The translations under genes and the position numbers were made by a program. 23,955 nucleotides of DNA from Candidatus Thorarchaeota archaeon. GTDB lineage: Archaea > Asgardarchaeota > Thorarchaeia > Thorarchaeales > Thorarchaeaceae. A model generated the notes under the pieces. The model was given only the letters and a program-made list of their open reading frames with translations. It did not search any database and was not told the origin of the DNA. How positions within the stretch are numbered: position 1 is the stretch's first letter; every line of letters begins with the position of its first letter. The DNA is taken from NCBI GenBank assembly GCA_048882385.1, contig JBHLRQ010000045.1, forward strand, positions 1-23,955, in the 5' to 3' direction. Positions 1 to 7,847 of the stretch are shown piece by piece.

Positions 1-1044
1 CTCGAAACGGAAACACTCTGGTCTTTTCTAGACAAAGAAGACGCTAGAAGAATAGCTGAAAAAGTCCCTAGAAAAATGGTCATTGCAGCTTGTGGCGGAG
101 TCAGTGATGGTTTCCAGCAAGCTGAGAAAGAATTCAAAGTGACGTACCAAGTCTTAGAAACATTATTGGACTATGGAATGCCAGTCTTTATCCTCACCAA
201 ATCAAGTCTTGTTCTTGAATACTTGGACCTTCTAAAGGAAATCCACAATCAAGCATTTGCAAGTATTGCATTCACAATTACATGTGCAGATGATGATGTG
301 CAGAGAGTGTTTGAGCCAAATGCAGCAACGACATCAGAGAGATTTGCCGCGCTCAAAAAGATCAGGCGAGCAGGCCTCTATGGAGGTGTCATGGCTACTC
401 CAATCATACCAACAATTGGAGATAATTATGAGAACCTGACTCAACTTGTAAAGGAGACAAAGAATGCTAATGGCGAATTCATTCAATTTGGTGGAATGAC
501 TTTGAAACCAGGTAGGCAGAAAGATTATTTCATGCGTGTAATCAAGAGAAAATATTCAACCAACTATAATGCAATTGAAAGGATTTACGAAAACAACAAC
601 ACTTACGGCCAACCTATTTGGAAGCGTCTTCCTGTTAATGTAATGACCATCGGACACCAAATATGCAAAGAGCATGGACTTAGAGACCGGACAGTTCGAC
701 ATAAAATACCTCATGAGCATGAGTCAAACAATCTCGTTTTGGGAGTCTTACTTGATATCGTCTTTCGGATGAGTATGCATCTCGGAATGCCAAGAAATGC
801 TGTAAAACCTTACTGGGAACTTGCTGCAAGAATCGAACGCGGCGTGAACGAGCTTGGTGAACTCAAAAATGCATGTGAGCTGAAACAGCACCTAATGATA
901 GATGATTCGATGACAAAAACAGTTGAGGAGATTCTGAAGTCAGGAACCTGCCAAGTATTGAAGAATCTAGAAGCAAGAATTGGTAGAATGGCTGAAACAG
1001 AACTTGGTGAAGAGGTCCGTGTGTCACCAGATGAATATTCATAG
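1..1044 (+). CDS. Radical SAM protein, SplB/spore-photoproduct-lyase-like (COG1533-type), 5'-truncated; C-terminal helix-hairpin-helix-like extension
   Basis: Frame is open from position 1 (LETETLWSFLDKEDARRIAEKVPRK-MVIA...), so the true start lies upstream of the window. Motifs GGVSDGFQQAE, ILTKS and FEPNAATTSERF match SplB-like radical SAM proteins. The CxxxCxxC motif is not visible and is presumably upstream. Stop TAG 1042-1044. Confidence 0.75.
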   Translation, partial: LETETLWSFLDKEDARRIAEKVPRKMVIAACGGVSDGFQQAEKEFKVTYQVLETLLDYGMPVFILTKSSLVLEYLDLLKEIHNQAFASIAFTITCADDDVQRVFEPNAATTSERFAALKKIRRAGLYGGVMATPIIPTIGDNYENLTQLVKETKNANGEFIQFGGMTLKPGRQKDYFMRVIKRKYSTNYNAIERIYENNNTYGQPIWKRLPVNVMTIGHQICKEHGLRDRTVRHKIPHEHESNNLVLGVLLDIVFRMSMHLGMPRNAVKPYWELAARIERGVNELGELKNACELKQHLMIDDSMTKTVEEILKSGTCQVLKNLEARIGRMAETELGEEVRVSPDEYS

Positions 1045-1049
1045 TAAAT

Positions 1050-1487
1050 TCACTTGGTGTAACGTTTCTCTAAGTTCTTGAACCACTTAGGAACTCGAGC
1101 ATCATCAACCCTGTCAGAGGATGGCATGTATGGTTTGATATCTAGAATTGGAGTCCCATCATTGGCGGATATCTGATCAACAATCAAATTCTTTGATTCT
1201 GTTTTTACTTCAATTAGTTTCACAATCGATAGACAGAGTAGGTTCGGTCTAACTGGTGATCTACTAGCAAAAACTCCGGACATCTCTGCACCATCAACGG
1301 GAGGTACATCCTTTAGATGACTACGATTTTCCTCGTTGTCAAGACCATCAGCCCACCAGATTATATGCAGATGAGAGAATTCCTCTATCCTTAATGTAGC
1401 ATCCCAATACTTTGGATCAATCAAGAGTTGGACTGGTTCACCTTCCTTCTTTTCTACATACCCTATTGGGTGGACATTGAAGTTCAT
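1050..1487 (-). CDS. trmO: TrmO/TsaA (YaeB-like) SAM-binding tRNA m6t6A37 methyltransferase family protein
   Basis: Motifs PIGYV, GVFASRSPVRPN and DGTPILDIKPY. ATG at 1487 follows an SD-like GGTGAGGAG. The alternative ATG at 1511 overlaps the upstream stop as ATGA. Confidence 0.88.
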   Translation of the reverse strand: MNFNVHPIGYVEKKEGEPVQLLIDPKYWDATLRIEEFSHLHIIWWADGLDNEENRSHLKDVPPVDGAEMSGVFASRSPVRPNLLCLSIVKLIEVKTESKNLIVDQISANDGTPILDIKPYMPSSDRVDDARVPKWFKNLEKRYTK

Positions 1488-1507
1488 ACTCCTCACCAAA
1501 CAACCAT

Positions 1508-1729
1508 TCATTCAGCAGATTTGAATAATACTATTTCATGAAGTGTTGAACCAGTTTCTTTATGTCTCTGACCTTCATGAGTTACCTCAAGTTCAAAATT
1601 GGAGAGTAATCTAAAGTATCCAGGCTTCAATCTTAGAACATTCTTCGCAAGGAATCGTAGAACGGTATTGAAATTGGTCAACATATCAACAGCCTCAAGA
1701 ACTCTAGAAACTTTAAGATTAGCCTCCAT
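1508..1729 (-). CDS. Small hypothetical protein; may really extend to 1827 through a frameshift
   Basis: 73-aa ORF filling the gap between the MFS gene and trmO on the same strand. The frame stays open upstream to 1873 with no ATG/GTG/TTG (see findings). Confidence 0.5.
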   Translation of the reverse strand: MEANLKVSRVLEAVDMLTNFNTVLRFLAKNVLRLKPGYFRLLSNFELEVTHEGQRHKETGSTLHEIVLFKSAE

Positions 1730-1873
1730 TTCATTAGGAACACGGATTCTGAGATTATGTGGATAGCTATGCTTTGCAATATTATTATACTCAAAATCAT
1801 CTATTGAAAATTGACTTGCTTGCTCATATCCAACACAACTAAGAAGATTTCTACGCAGTAGACTTCTACTTAC

Positions 1874-3148
1874 TTAAATATCCATCGAGGAAATGACATT
1901 ATTGTTTTCGGGTACATGAATGAACCGAAGAAGTATGACGATGAGTAAAGATGTAGCAAGCGCAACCACTCCAGCAACTCCGTAGACAATCCTGAGGCTT
2001 CCAGAGAGTTCCCAAATGGATGCTCCAACAAATTGTGCAATCATTGAAACAATTCCCATCAAAAGATCATATGTGCCTAGAGCTCGACCCTTGACCTCTT
2101 CAGACACAACCAAAACAATGATACTCTTTACGGATCCTGTCCATAGGACAAACGGAATTGCCCATGCTAAATTGATGACGTATAACCAAAACGCGCCACT
2201 CCCTACACTAAACCATAGAAGGACTAATGCATTTCCAAATACACCAGCAAAAAGAGTTGCTTTCAAGTTTCTATCAGCAAGAACACTCCCAGGATACATG
2301 AAGAGAGCACTGGTGAGGGAGAAGAGACTCCATGTCAGCCCATAAGTCACGGTATCCACTCCCCATGGTCCGACACTGAGGTTTCCTATGAATGGAATTG
2401 AGCTGGCCCAAGAAAACACAAACCCAAACATACCGAATGCGAGGAGCCAGAAGCTTCGACCGAATTTCCTGAGAGAGATTTTGGGTCCCAAACGAGCCTT
2501 CTTTATCACCTCTGTTCCTAATGACTCCTTTAGTAGAATGATTGAAGAAAGGAACGTAATGAAAGCGCAGAACGAACCGATGAAGTGTAAATTTCCTGAT
2601 TGATAACCAGAACTGAGGAGGAATGTTCCAACCGTAGGGCCAAGAGCGTCAACAAACCAAAGAGGCATCATGACCATCATGAGTCTACGTGCAGGATTCG
2701 CTCCATCATCCGCGGCAATTTCATCTGCTGGAATAGCTCTGGCCATGAGTCTTGCAGTGCTCATTCCAAACCATACAAGACCATATTGAATTGCTACATA
2801 GGGCCAAATTGGAAAGAAGGACATAGTGAATAGTCCAATCACAATTGGGAGAAAACCGATTGAAATAGTCCATTTCCTTCCAATAAAATCTGCAATATAT
2901 CCAGATCCTATACTCCCAATTAGACCGGTGAAAGTAGCAATCGAGAAAACCAAGCCAATTTGCCATGGTTCAAGGAATCCCTCAAGAAAGATTCCGAACT
3001 CCCACTTCCAAAGAGCGGTCGCAAACTGAGCGATAGCAATGACTGCAGCGAGTCTCCAAAGATTTCGACTGAGACCAAGGCGGCCAGGACGTGAATCACT
3101 AATAGAGGATTTGAGTTCTGGCGAATTCTGCCTACCGTCTTCAATCAT
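1874..3148 (-). CDS. Major facilitator superfamily (MFS) transporter
   Basis: 424 aa, about 12 hydrophobic segments. MFS motif A GYIADFIGRK, second-half analogue GSVLADRN, and KGRALG. Confidence 0.9.
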   Translation of the reverse strand: MIEDGRQNSPELKSSISDSRPGRLGLSRNLWRLAAVIAIAQFATALWKWEFGIFLEGFLEPWQIGLVFSIATFTGLIGSIGSGYIADFIGRKWTISIGFLPIVIGLFTMSFFPIWPYVAIQYGLVWFGMSTARLMARAIPADEIAADDGANPARRLMMVMMPLWFVDALGPTVGTFLLSSGYQSGNLHFIGSFCAFITFLSSIILLKESLGTEVIKKARLGPKISLRKFGRSFWLLAFGMFGFVFSWASSIPFIGNLSVGPWGVDTVTYGLTWSLFSLTSALFMYPGSVLADRNLKATLFAGVFGNALVLLWFSVGSGAFWLYVINLAWAIPFVLWTGSVKSIIVLVVSEEVKGRALGTYDLLMGIVSMIAQFVGASIWELSGSLRIVYGVAGVVALATSLLIVILLRFIHVPENNNVISSMDI

Positions 3149-3234
3149 ATGATAGCCTCGAATTTTTTATTTGACGAATCAGAGCTGCTTAAGTCACTGC
3201 CGATATTGACACGATGTAACACAAACTAAGTGCT

Positions 3235-4485
3235 TCAGAGAACTGGCACAGATATAAGGAAAGCAGCCCCAGTGCCTATTTTGGTTTCTAATAGTTCAAT
3301 CGTACCACCATATGATTCAACAATTCTCTTTGACAAGTATAGACCCAAACCCTTTCCTTCACCGCGTGTTGTGACTCCTTTTCGGAAAATTTTTGGTCGA
3401 ATTTCAGGATTAATTCCGGGCCCATTATCACGATATGTAATCAACAACATCTTCTCAACAAGACCAAGACGAATTGTAACGACTGCTCCCTCACCGGCGT
3501 AATCGAGTGTATTCCTCAACAGATTCTCAAGAACGAGGGGTAACAATATTCCTGGACGAATATCTGCAGATCTAACATCAGGTTCAAACATAAGACTAAC
3601 GTCTGCACCATCTCTAGTTCTTCTAGCGTTTTTCGCCATTGTTGTGAGCGTATCAAGAAAGTCATATTCACTGCTCCGTCCTACGACAGAGAACAGCTTG
3701 ATAACACTAGACATCCTCTCGCTTACAGCAATTGATGTTGACAAATACGACTCTAAGTTCGCAGGAATATCCATCCTTTCATTGAGAAGTTCAATGTGAC
3801 CTTTGACAATCTGCATGTCATTTCCTAGATCATGTGTCAGGACTGATGTATAAACCTCAAGTTCTCGTTGTCGCTGTTCCAAGAATTGTTTGTGTTCTTC
3901 AAGTTCTGCGATATAATAGTTAAGAGCCCAACTGAAGAACAATACCACTAAAGAGAGTGCAGCTTGGTCTATGATTGGTTCTATGGCTATTGTGAGTTCT
4001 ATTGCTTGATTTAGATCACAATAAATCAAGAGTCCAGCAGTTTCCCCGAAAATAAGTACTGTTTCAAATCGAGATGTAAGCCATTGACTACCAAATAACG
4101 CAGCAATAACAGGCCAGATGATAAGATTCATTGTTAATCTCACAGGGGTTTGGTTGAATTCAACTAGGAGAAAGAGATAGGGCATCATTGCTAATGACAA
4201 TGTCATGACAATTCCTGCAATCATAACGTACCTGGTCCGACTCAAGATGTATATGAAGAAGAAGATGGAGGTTGCAAAGATGAAGATTGTAATATTTTCA
4301 AACAATATCCCAAGTACTATTTGAATAGTAGGAAGCACTATTACTATCAATAGAAGTGCAAAAGACAATAATCTAGCCTTCACGCGAATAACGTCAGAGT
4401 CAATGGCCTGTGATGGCTCTACAAGAATATGACGAACTCTTCGGAATATTGAAGTTTCTAATTGTTCGCCTTCATCATCAGACAT
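3235..4485 (-). CDS. Membrane-bound sensor histidine kinase (HisKA + HATPase_c)
   Basis: About 6 N-terminal TM segments. H-box VLTHDLGND, N-box LENLLRNT, G1 DNGPGI, F-box IFRKGVTT, G2 GKGLGLYLSKRIVESYGG. ATG 4485 (MSDDEG) is preferred to the TTG at 4560. Confidence 0.9.
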   Translation of the reverse strand: MSDDEGEQLETSIFRRVRHILVEPSQAIDSDVIRVKARLLSFALLLIVIVLPTIQIVLGILFENITIFIFATSIFFFIYILSRTRYVMIAGIVMTLSLAMMPYLFLLVEFNQTPVRLTMNLIIWPVIAALFGSQWLTSRFETVLIFGETAGLLIYCDLNQAIELTIAIEPIIDQAALSLVVLFFSWALNYYIAELEEHKQFLEQRQRELEVYTSVLTHDLGNDMQIVKGHIELLNERMDIPANLESYLSTSIAVSERMSSVIKLFSVVGRSSEYDFLDTLTTMAKNARRTRDGADVSLMFEPDVRSADIRPGILLPLVLENLLRNTLDYAGEGAVVTIRLGLVEKMLLITYRDNGPGINPEIRPKIFRKGVTTRGEGKGLGLYLSKRIVESYGGTIELLETKIGTGAAFLISVPVL

Positions 4486-4564
4486 ACTATCCGCTCGTTT
4501 GAAATTTTCTGCATTTTTCGTTGTGAAAGTAGATATGTAAGGTTTAGTGGGTTGTTTCAAATAG

Positions 4565-6205
4565 TCAATCCTTTAGTAATTTGGGTATATATAACCAAAC
4601 AATCAGTACTGATACAAAGACCAGAACGCCTTGACTAACTAGACTGATAATTTGGGAACCTGCTATGAGCATCGTGATGCCATATGCCAGTAGAGGTACT
4701 ATTCCTGTTAATGCACCAACAGCAGCAGCGAAAAAGCCCATTGCTTGATCAGATGTCACATTGACTGCTACAGCTCTGCCGCCACCGCGTAGCCTAAACA
4801 CCGCTCCTCCAACAGCCATGCCAACAACATATCCGCAGGGTATCTGAATAAGTGGGATAAGTAGGAGAAGAGGTGTAATTGGGTTGTTAAGTAGAATCAT
4901 GATATCTATGGCAACCATACTCAAGATATATGGAACAAGGACAATTGATGTCTTACTCTTCAGAACCATTCGTGAACTAACCGGTAGACCTTCCTGAACT
5001 GAAGCACCTTGAGTATCAAACATCAGGATAGAAACAAGAGAGATTCCACCGAATAGATTTCCATATTCAACTGCTGTCAAAATAGCCATACTCCTTAGCA
5101 ATCCTAAATCATCCTTCCAATATTGTATCATTGGGAAAAGCATGACAACCAAGAATATCGGTATGGCAAATACAAAAGCTGAACCAATGTTTCTTGTCGC
5201 TAGTCTAAGATCTTTCCTAATCATTGCTTTAATTGGACTAGTTGTGTCAATACTGACTTCTCTTAGAACACTAGTCTGCGTTGAAATGACTCCGCCAGTA
5301 GTAACTAATCTCAGTGTTGTACCACTTCGACGATAGAGAATTACTGCAACAAGGGTGTAAAAACAGGCTCCTCCTACCGAAGCCAAGATTGTACTTGTCG
5401 GCATGGAAAAAGCTACCGATGCGGCAAGAAAGCCATATGAAAATGGAAAAATTAGTGCAAGACTAGTGAATGCAGTTTCTCCCCAAACACTCGAGAGTTG
5501 AATAATGAACCTCATCATATCTGGGAGATAACTACTAAGACCATATACACTGACCATGCCAATGACAATTCCAAATGAAGCCGCTATTCTAACAAAAGCT
5601 GAACCTCTAGATTCATCAGATGAATGAGATTTCCTATGAAACCATTTTGCCATTGCTATAAGAGCACCGATTGATATGGAGATCGTACTTGCACATGCAA
5701 TTAAACCAATGGCCGCCACCAAAGGGCCAAACACAAGTAAGCATCCAATGGGGAATATAGTGACAGAGAGTAAAACAGGTGCTAAGAATACTCTGGCAAA
5801 TGTCATAAACGAGAGATGTTCTAATTCCGCTTTTGTGAATGGGAGCATAGATGGTAATTTCATAGCTCCTGACGAGATTAGTCCAGTTGTTGTTGTTAGA
5901 TTTAGGAAAAAAACAACGACAAAGCTTAGTGCTAGATATATTGTGAAACCTACCGCTAGGCGTGCATCGGGGCTACCGATTGATACATCAAAAGCAGATG
6001 CTGCCAATGCGATGATTGCTATCATTCCTAGAATGATTGTAGTCATGAAATAACTAATACGACTGGATGATTTGATAGACCTAGCTATTCGCTCGGGATT
6101 CTCTTTTACACGAGCTAGGTTAGATGGATTCATTTCAAGGAACGCTTGGAATCGTGACTCCGTTGCAATAACTCCAGCTAGTTTCCAGCTCTCTGAGATT
6201 TTCAT
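4565..6205 (-). CDS. ABC-2-type exporter permease (polytopic membrane protein)
   Basis: 546 aa with many TM helices in two halves and KDLRLATRN at the start of the second half. Start overlaps the ATPase stop (ATGA at 6202-6205). Confidence 0.8.
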   Translation of the reverse strand: MKISESWKLAGVIATESRFQAFLEMNPSNLARVKENPERIARSIKSSSRISYFMTTIILGMIAIIALAASAFDVSIGSPDARLAVGFTIYLALSFVVVFFLNLTTTTGLISSGAMKLPSMLPFTKAELEHLSFMTFARVFLAPVLLSVTIFPIGCLLVFGPLVAAIGLIACASTISISIGALIAMAKWFHRKSHSSDESRGSAFVRIAASFGIVIGMVSVYGLSSYLPDMMRFIIQLSSVWGETAFTSLALIFPFSYGFLAASVAFSMPTSTILASVGGACFYTLVAVILYRRSGTTLRLVTTGGVISTQTSVLREVSIDTTSPIKAMIRKDLRLATRNIGSAFVFAIPIFLVVMLFPMIQYWKDDLGLLRSMAILTAVEYGNLFGGISLVSILMFDTQGASVQEGLPVSSRMVLKSKTSIVLVPYILSMVAIDIMILLNNPITPLLLLIPLIQIPCGYVVGMAVGGAVFRLRGGGRAVAVNVTSDQAMGFFAAAVGALTGIVPLLAYGITMLIAGSQIISLVSQGVLVFVSVLIVWLYIPKLLKD

Positions 6206-6999
6206 CCCGTAAGAGCCTCCCTGAGGACAGATACTCCTTCAGCAACTTCTTCTTCCTGCTCTGTGAGTTTAAGAAACAAACTCTCTAAAGTTGCTCCTTC
6301 CTTATGGGCTTTAATTCGGAGTTCATCTAGTGTACCTTCAGCAATCAAGACACCTTCATCGATGATTCCGACTCGATCACAAAGCCCTTCGGCAACCTCC
6401 ATAACATGAGTACTGAGTAAGACTGATCCACCATTTTCCGCATGTATCTTTACAATGTCCTTCATAATTTTCGCAGAACGAACATCCAGACTTGAAAATG
6501 GTTCATCAAGTATCAGTAGTTTTGGTGCATGAAGGAGAGCTGCAATTAACATAGTCTTCTGTTTGTTACCCTGCGAGAGTGTAACGATCATCTTGTCATA
6601 ATACTGCGCAAAATCTAGAGCTTTAACGAACTCACGAATCCGCTTGTTTATTTTCTCTTCAGGTAGTTTTCGAATTGATGCAATGAAATCAAAAAGTTCT
6701 CGTGGAGTTAGTGAGTCATAGAGCTCCTGTTCTTCAGGAACATACCCGACCATTTTCTTAACTTCTACTGGATCCTCAGTAGAGTTAACGCCAAATACAC
6801 TAGCTCTACCGTTATCTGGATCTAGGAGACCCATGAGCATTTTGATGGTTGTTGTTTTCCCAGCACCATTGGGTCCAAGTAGTGCATAGATTTCTCCTTC
6901 TCTTACAGTCAAGCTTAGGTCGTTAACAGCAACTAGTTCTCCGAATGATTTTACCAAATTTTCAATACTTACTGCTGACACTTCAACTCTTACTCCCAA
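6202..6999 (-). CDS. ABC transporter ATP-binding protein (ABC-2/multidrug exporter type)
   Basis: Walker A GPNGAGKTT, signature LSQGNKQK, Walker B LLILDEP, H-loop STH. Start is either TTG 6999 or GTG 6981. Confidence 0.95.
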   Translation of the reverse strand: MGVRVEVSAVSIENLVKSFGELVAVNDLSLTVREGEIYALLGPNGAGKTTTIKMLMGLLDPDNGRASVFGVNSTEDPVEVKKMVGYVPEEQELYDSLTPRELFDFIASIRKLPEEKINKRIREFVKALDFAQYYDKMIVTLSQGNKQKTMLIAALLHAPKLLILDEPFSSLDVRSAKIMKDIVKIHAENGGSVLLSTHVMEVAEGLCDRVGIIDEGVLIAEGTLDELRIKAHKEGATLESLFLKLTEQEEEVAEGVSVLREALTG

Positions 7000-7078
7000 T
7001 TAATAATGAGGCAACTTTTGGATGTGAGTAGTCTTTTTGAATAAATATAATCTTTAACAACTACGCGATAACTCATTT

Positions 7079-7531
7079 TCATGAAACCTCCAGATCTTCA
7101 GTCTGAACGCCACTGTTTCTAAGACTTACTTTTCTCTTCACAAATGTCCAGTAAGTGTAGAAAAGAGCCCATCCAACAGTTGGAATTGCTACAAAGATAT
7201 AGAACTCAAAAGCTGCGAAAAAGAAATAGATGTTGAAGAAGATCATCATTAGCACATTCATTATCCACGACCTCTTCTGCCACCCATAGCTAGATACAAT
7301 ATGTACTGCTCTTAGCGCTGCATATCCTCTACTGGTGAGTGTATACAATCCATCACTGTCAGTTGTTATGACAGATTCCATCTTCTTCAAATGGAAATCC
7401 AAGAGCCCTCCACTCTTAATCTTGAGTGTTCTCTTAAGGTCTGCAAACCGTCTAGGCTTTTTTGAGAGTTCTTTTAGAATCGCAATTCTCATTGGATGAG
7501 AAATCGCTTCAAACACTTCATCCGAGGTCAT
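7079..7531 (-). CDS. ArsR-like winged-helix transcriptional regulator with two C-terminal TM helices
   Basis: FEAISHPMRIAILKEL...FADLKRTL...LDFHLKKM...YTLTSRG is an ArsR-type wHTH. Hydrophobic segments MNVLMMIFFNIYFFFAAF and FYIFVAIPTVGWALFYTYWTFV are followed by KRK. Confidence 0.85.
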   Translation of the reverse strand: MTSDEVFEAISHPMRIAILKELSKKPRRFADLKRTLKIKSGGLLDFHLKKMESVITTDSDGLYTLTSRGYAALRAVHIVSSYGWQKRSWIMNVLMMIFFNIYFFFAAFEFYIFVAIPTVGWALFYTYWTFVKRKVSLRNSGVQTEDLEVS

Positions 7532-7562
7532 TTTTCTTCATGACAGATGTGGTATTGGAGGG

Positions 7563-7568
7563 ATATAA
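7563..7568 (-). promoter_or_regulatory. Putative archaeal TATA box (TTATAT) for the wHTH gene
   Basis: Minus strand reads GATTATATCC about 32 nt upstream of the ATG at 7531, a spacing compatible with an archaeal promoter. Confidence 0.4.
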
Positions 7569-7579
7569 TCCTACGTTCC

Positions 7580-7595
7580 TTGACCAGTCGGTCAA
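7580..7595. promoter_or_regulatory. Palindromic operator-like site TTGACC-N4-GGTCAA
   Basis: TTGACCAGTCGGTCAA in the divergent intergenic region. A further TTGACC half-site lies at 7602-7607. Confidence 0.55.
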
Positions 7596-7745
7596 TGACT
7601 CTTGACCTTAGTATCTATCTAGCGATTCTAAAAGAATAACATTTTCTTCAAAGTCATTATGAGTAGCAATCTCGTTTTTGGGTGTTTGAGATATTCCTAC
7701 TGAGACCAAAGGATGTATATTCATTCAGACAATGTGTCGCACTAC

Positions 7746-7764
7746 TTTCTCATATCGTGAGAAA
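7746..7764. promoter_or_regulatory. Inverted repeat TTTCTCA-N5-TGAGAAA upstream of uvrA (operator or hairpin)
   Basis: Perfect 7-bp arms at 7746-7752 and 7758-7764. Confidence 0.4.
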
Positions 7765-7774
7765 CCTCAAGCTG

Positions 7775-7831
7775 ACATCAGGCCATTGTGCCCCTTCATG
7801 TTGGAACGGAGGCAAGCGGTTGAACTGATGT
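7775..7831 (+). other. Long imperfect RNA stem-loop immediately before the uvrA Shine-Dalgarno sequence
   Basis: ACATCAG (7775-7781) pairs with CTGATGT (7825-7831). Inner pairings are GCC/GGT, TGCC/GGCA, CC/GG and TTC/GAA. SD GGGAGG at 7833-7838. Confidence 0.4.
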
Positions 7832-7847
7832 AGGGAGGCATGAATGC

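Noticed and set aside
7771-7838. Superficial resemblance to TPP riboswitch, hammerhead or C/D-box motifs (GCTGACA, GAACTGATGTAGGGAG)
   Set aside because: Lacks CUGAGA in the right position and the P5 stem of TPP, the CUGAUGA hammerhead core, and a RUGAUGA C box.
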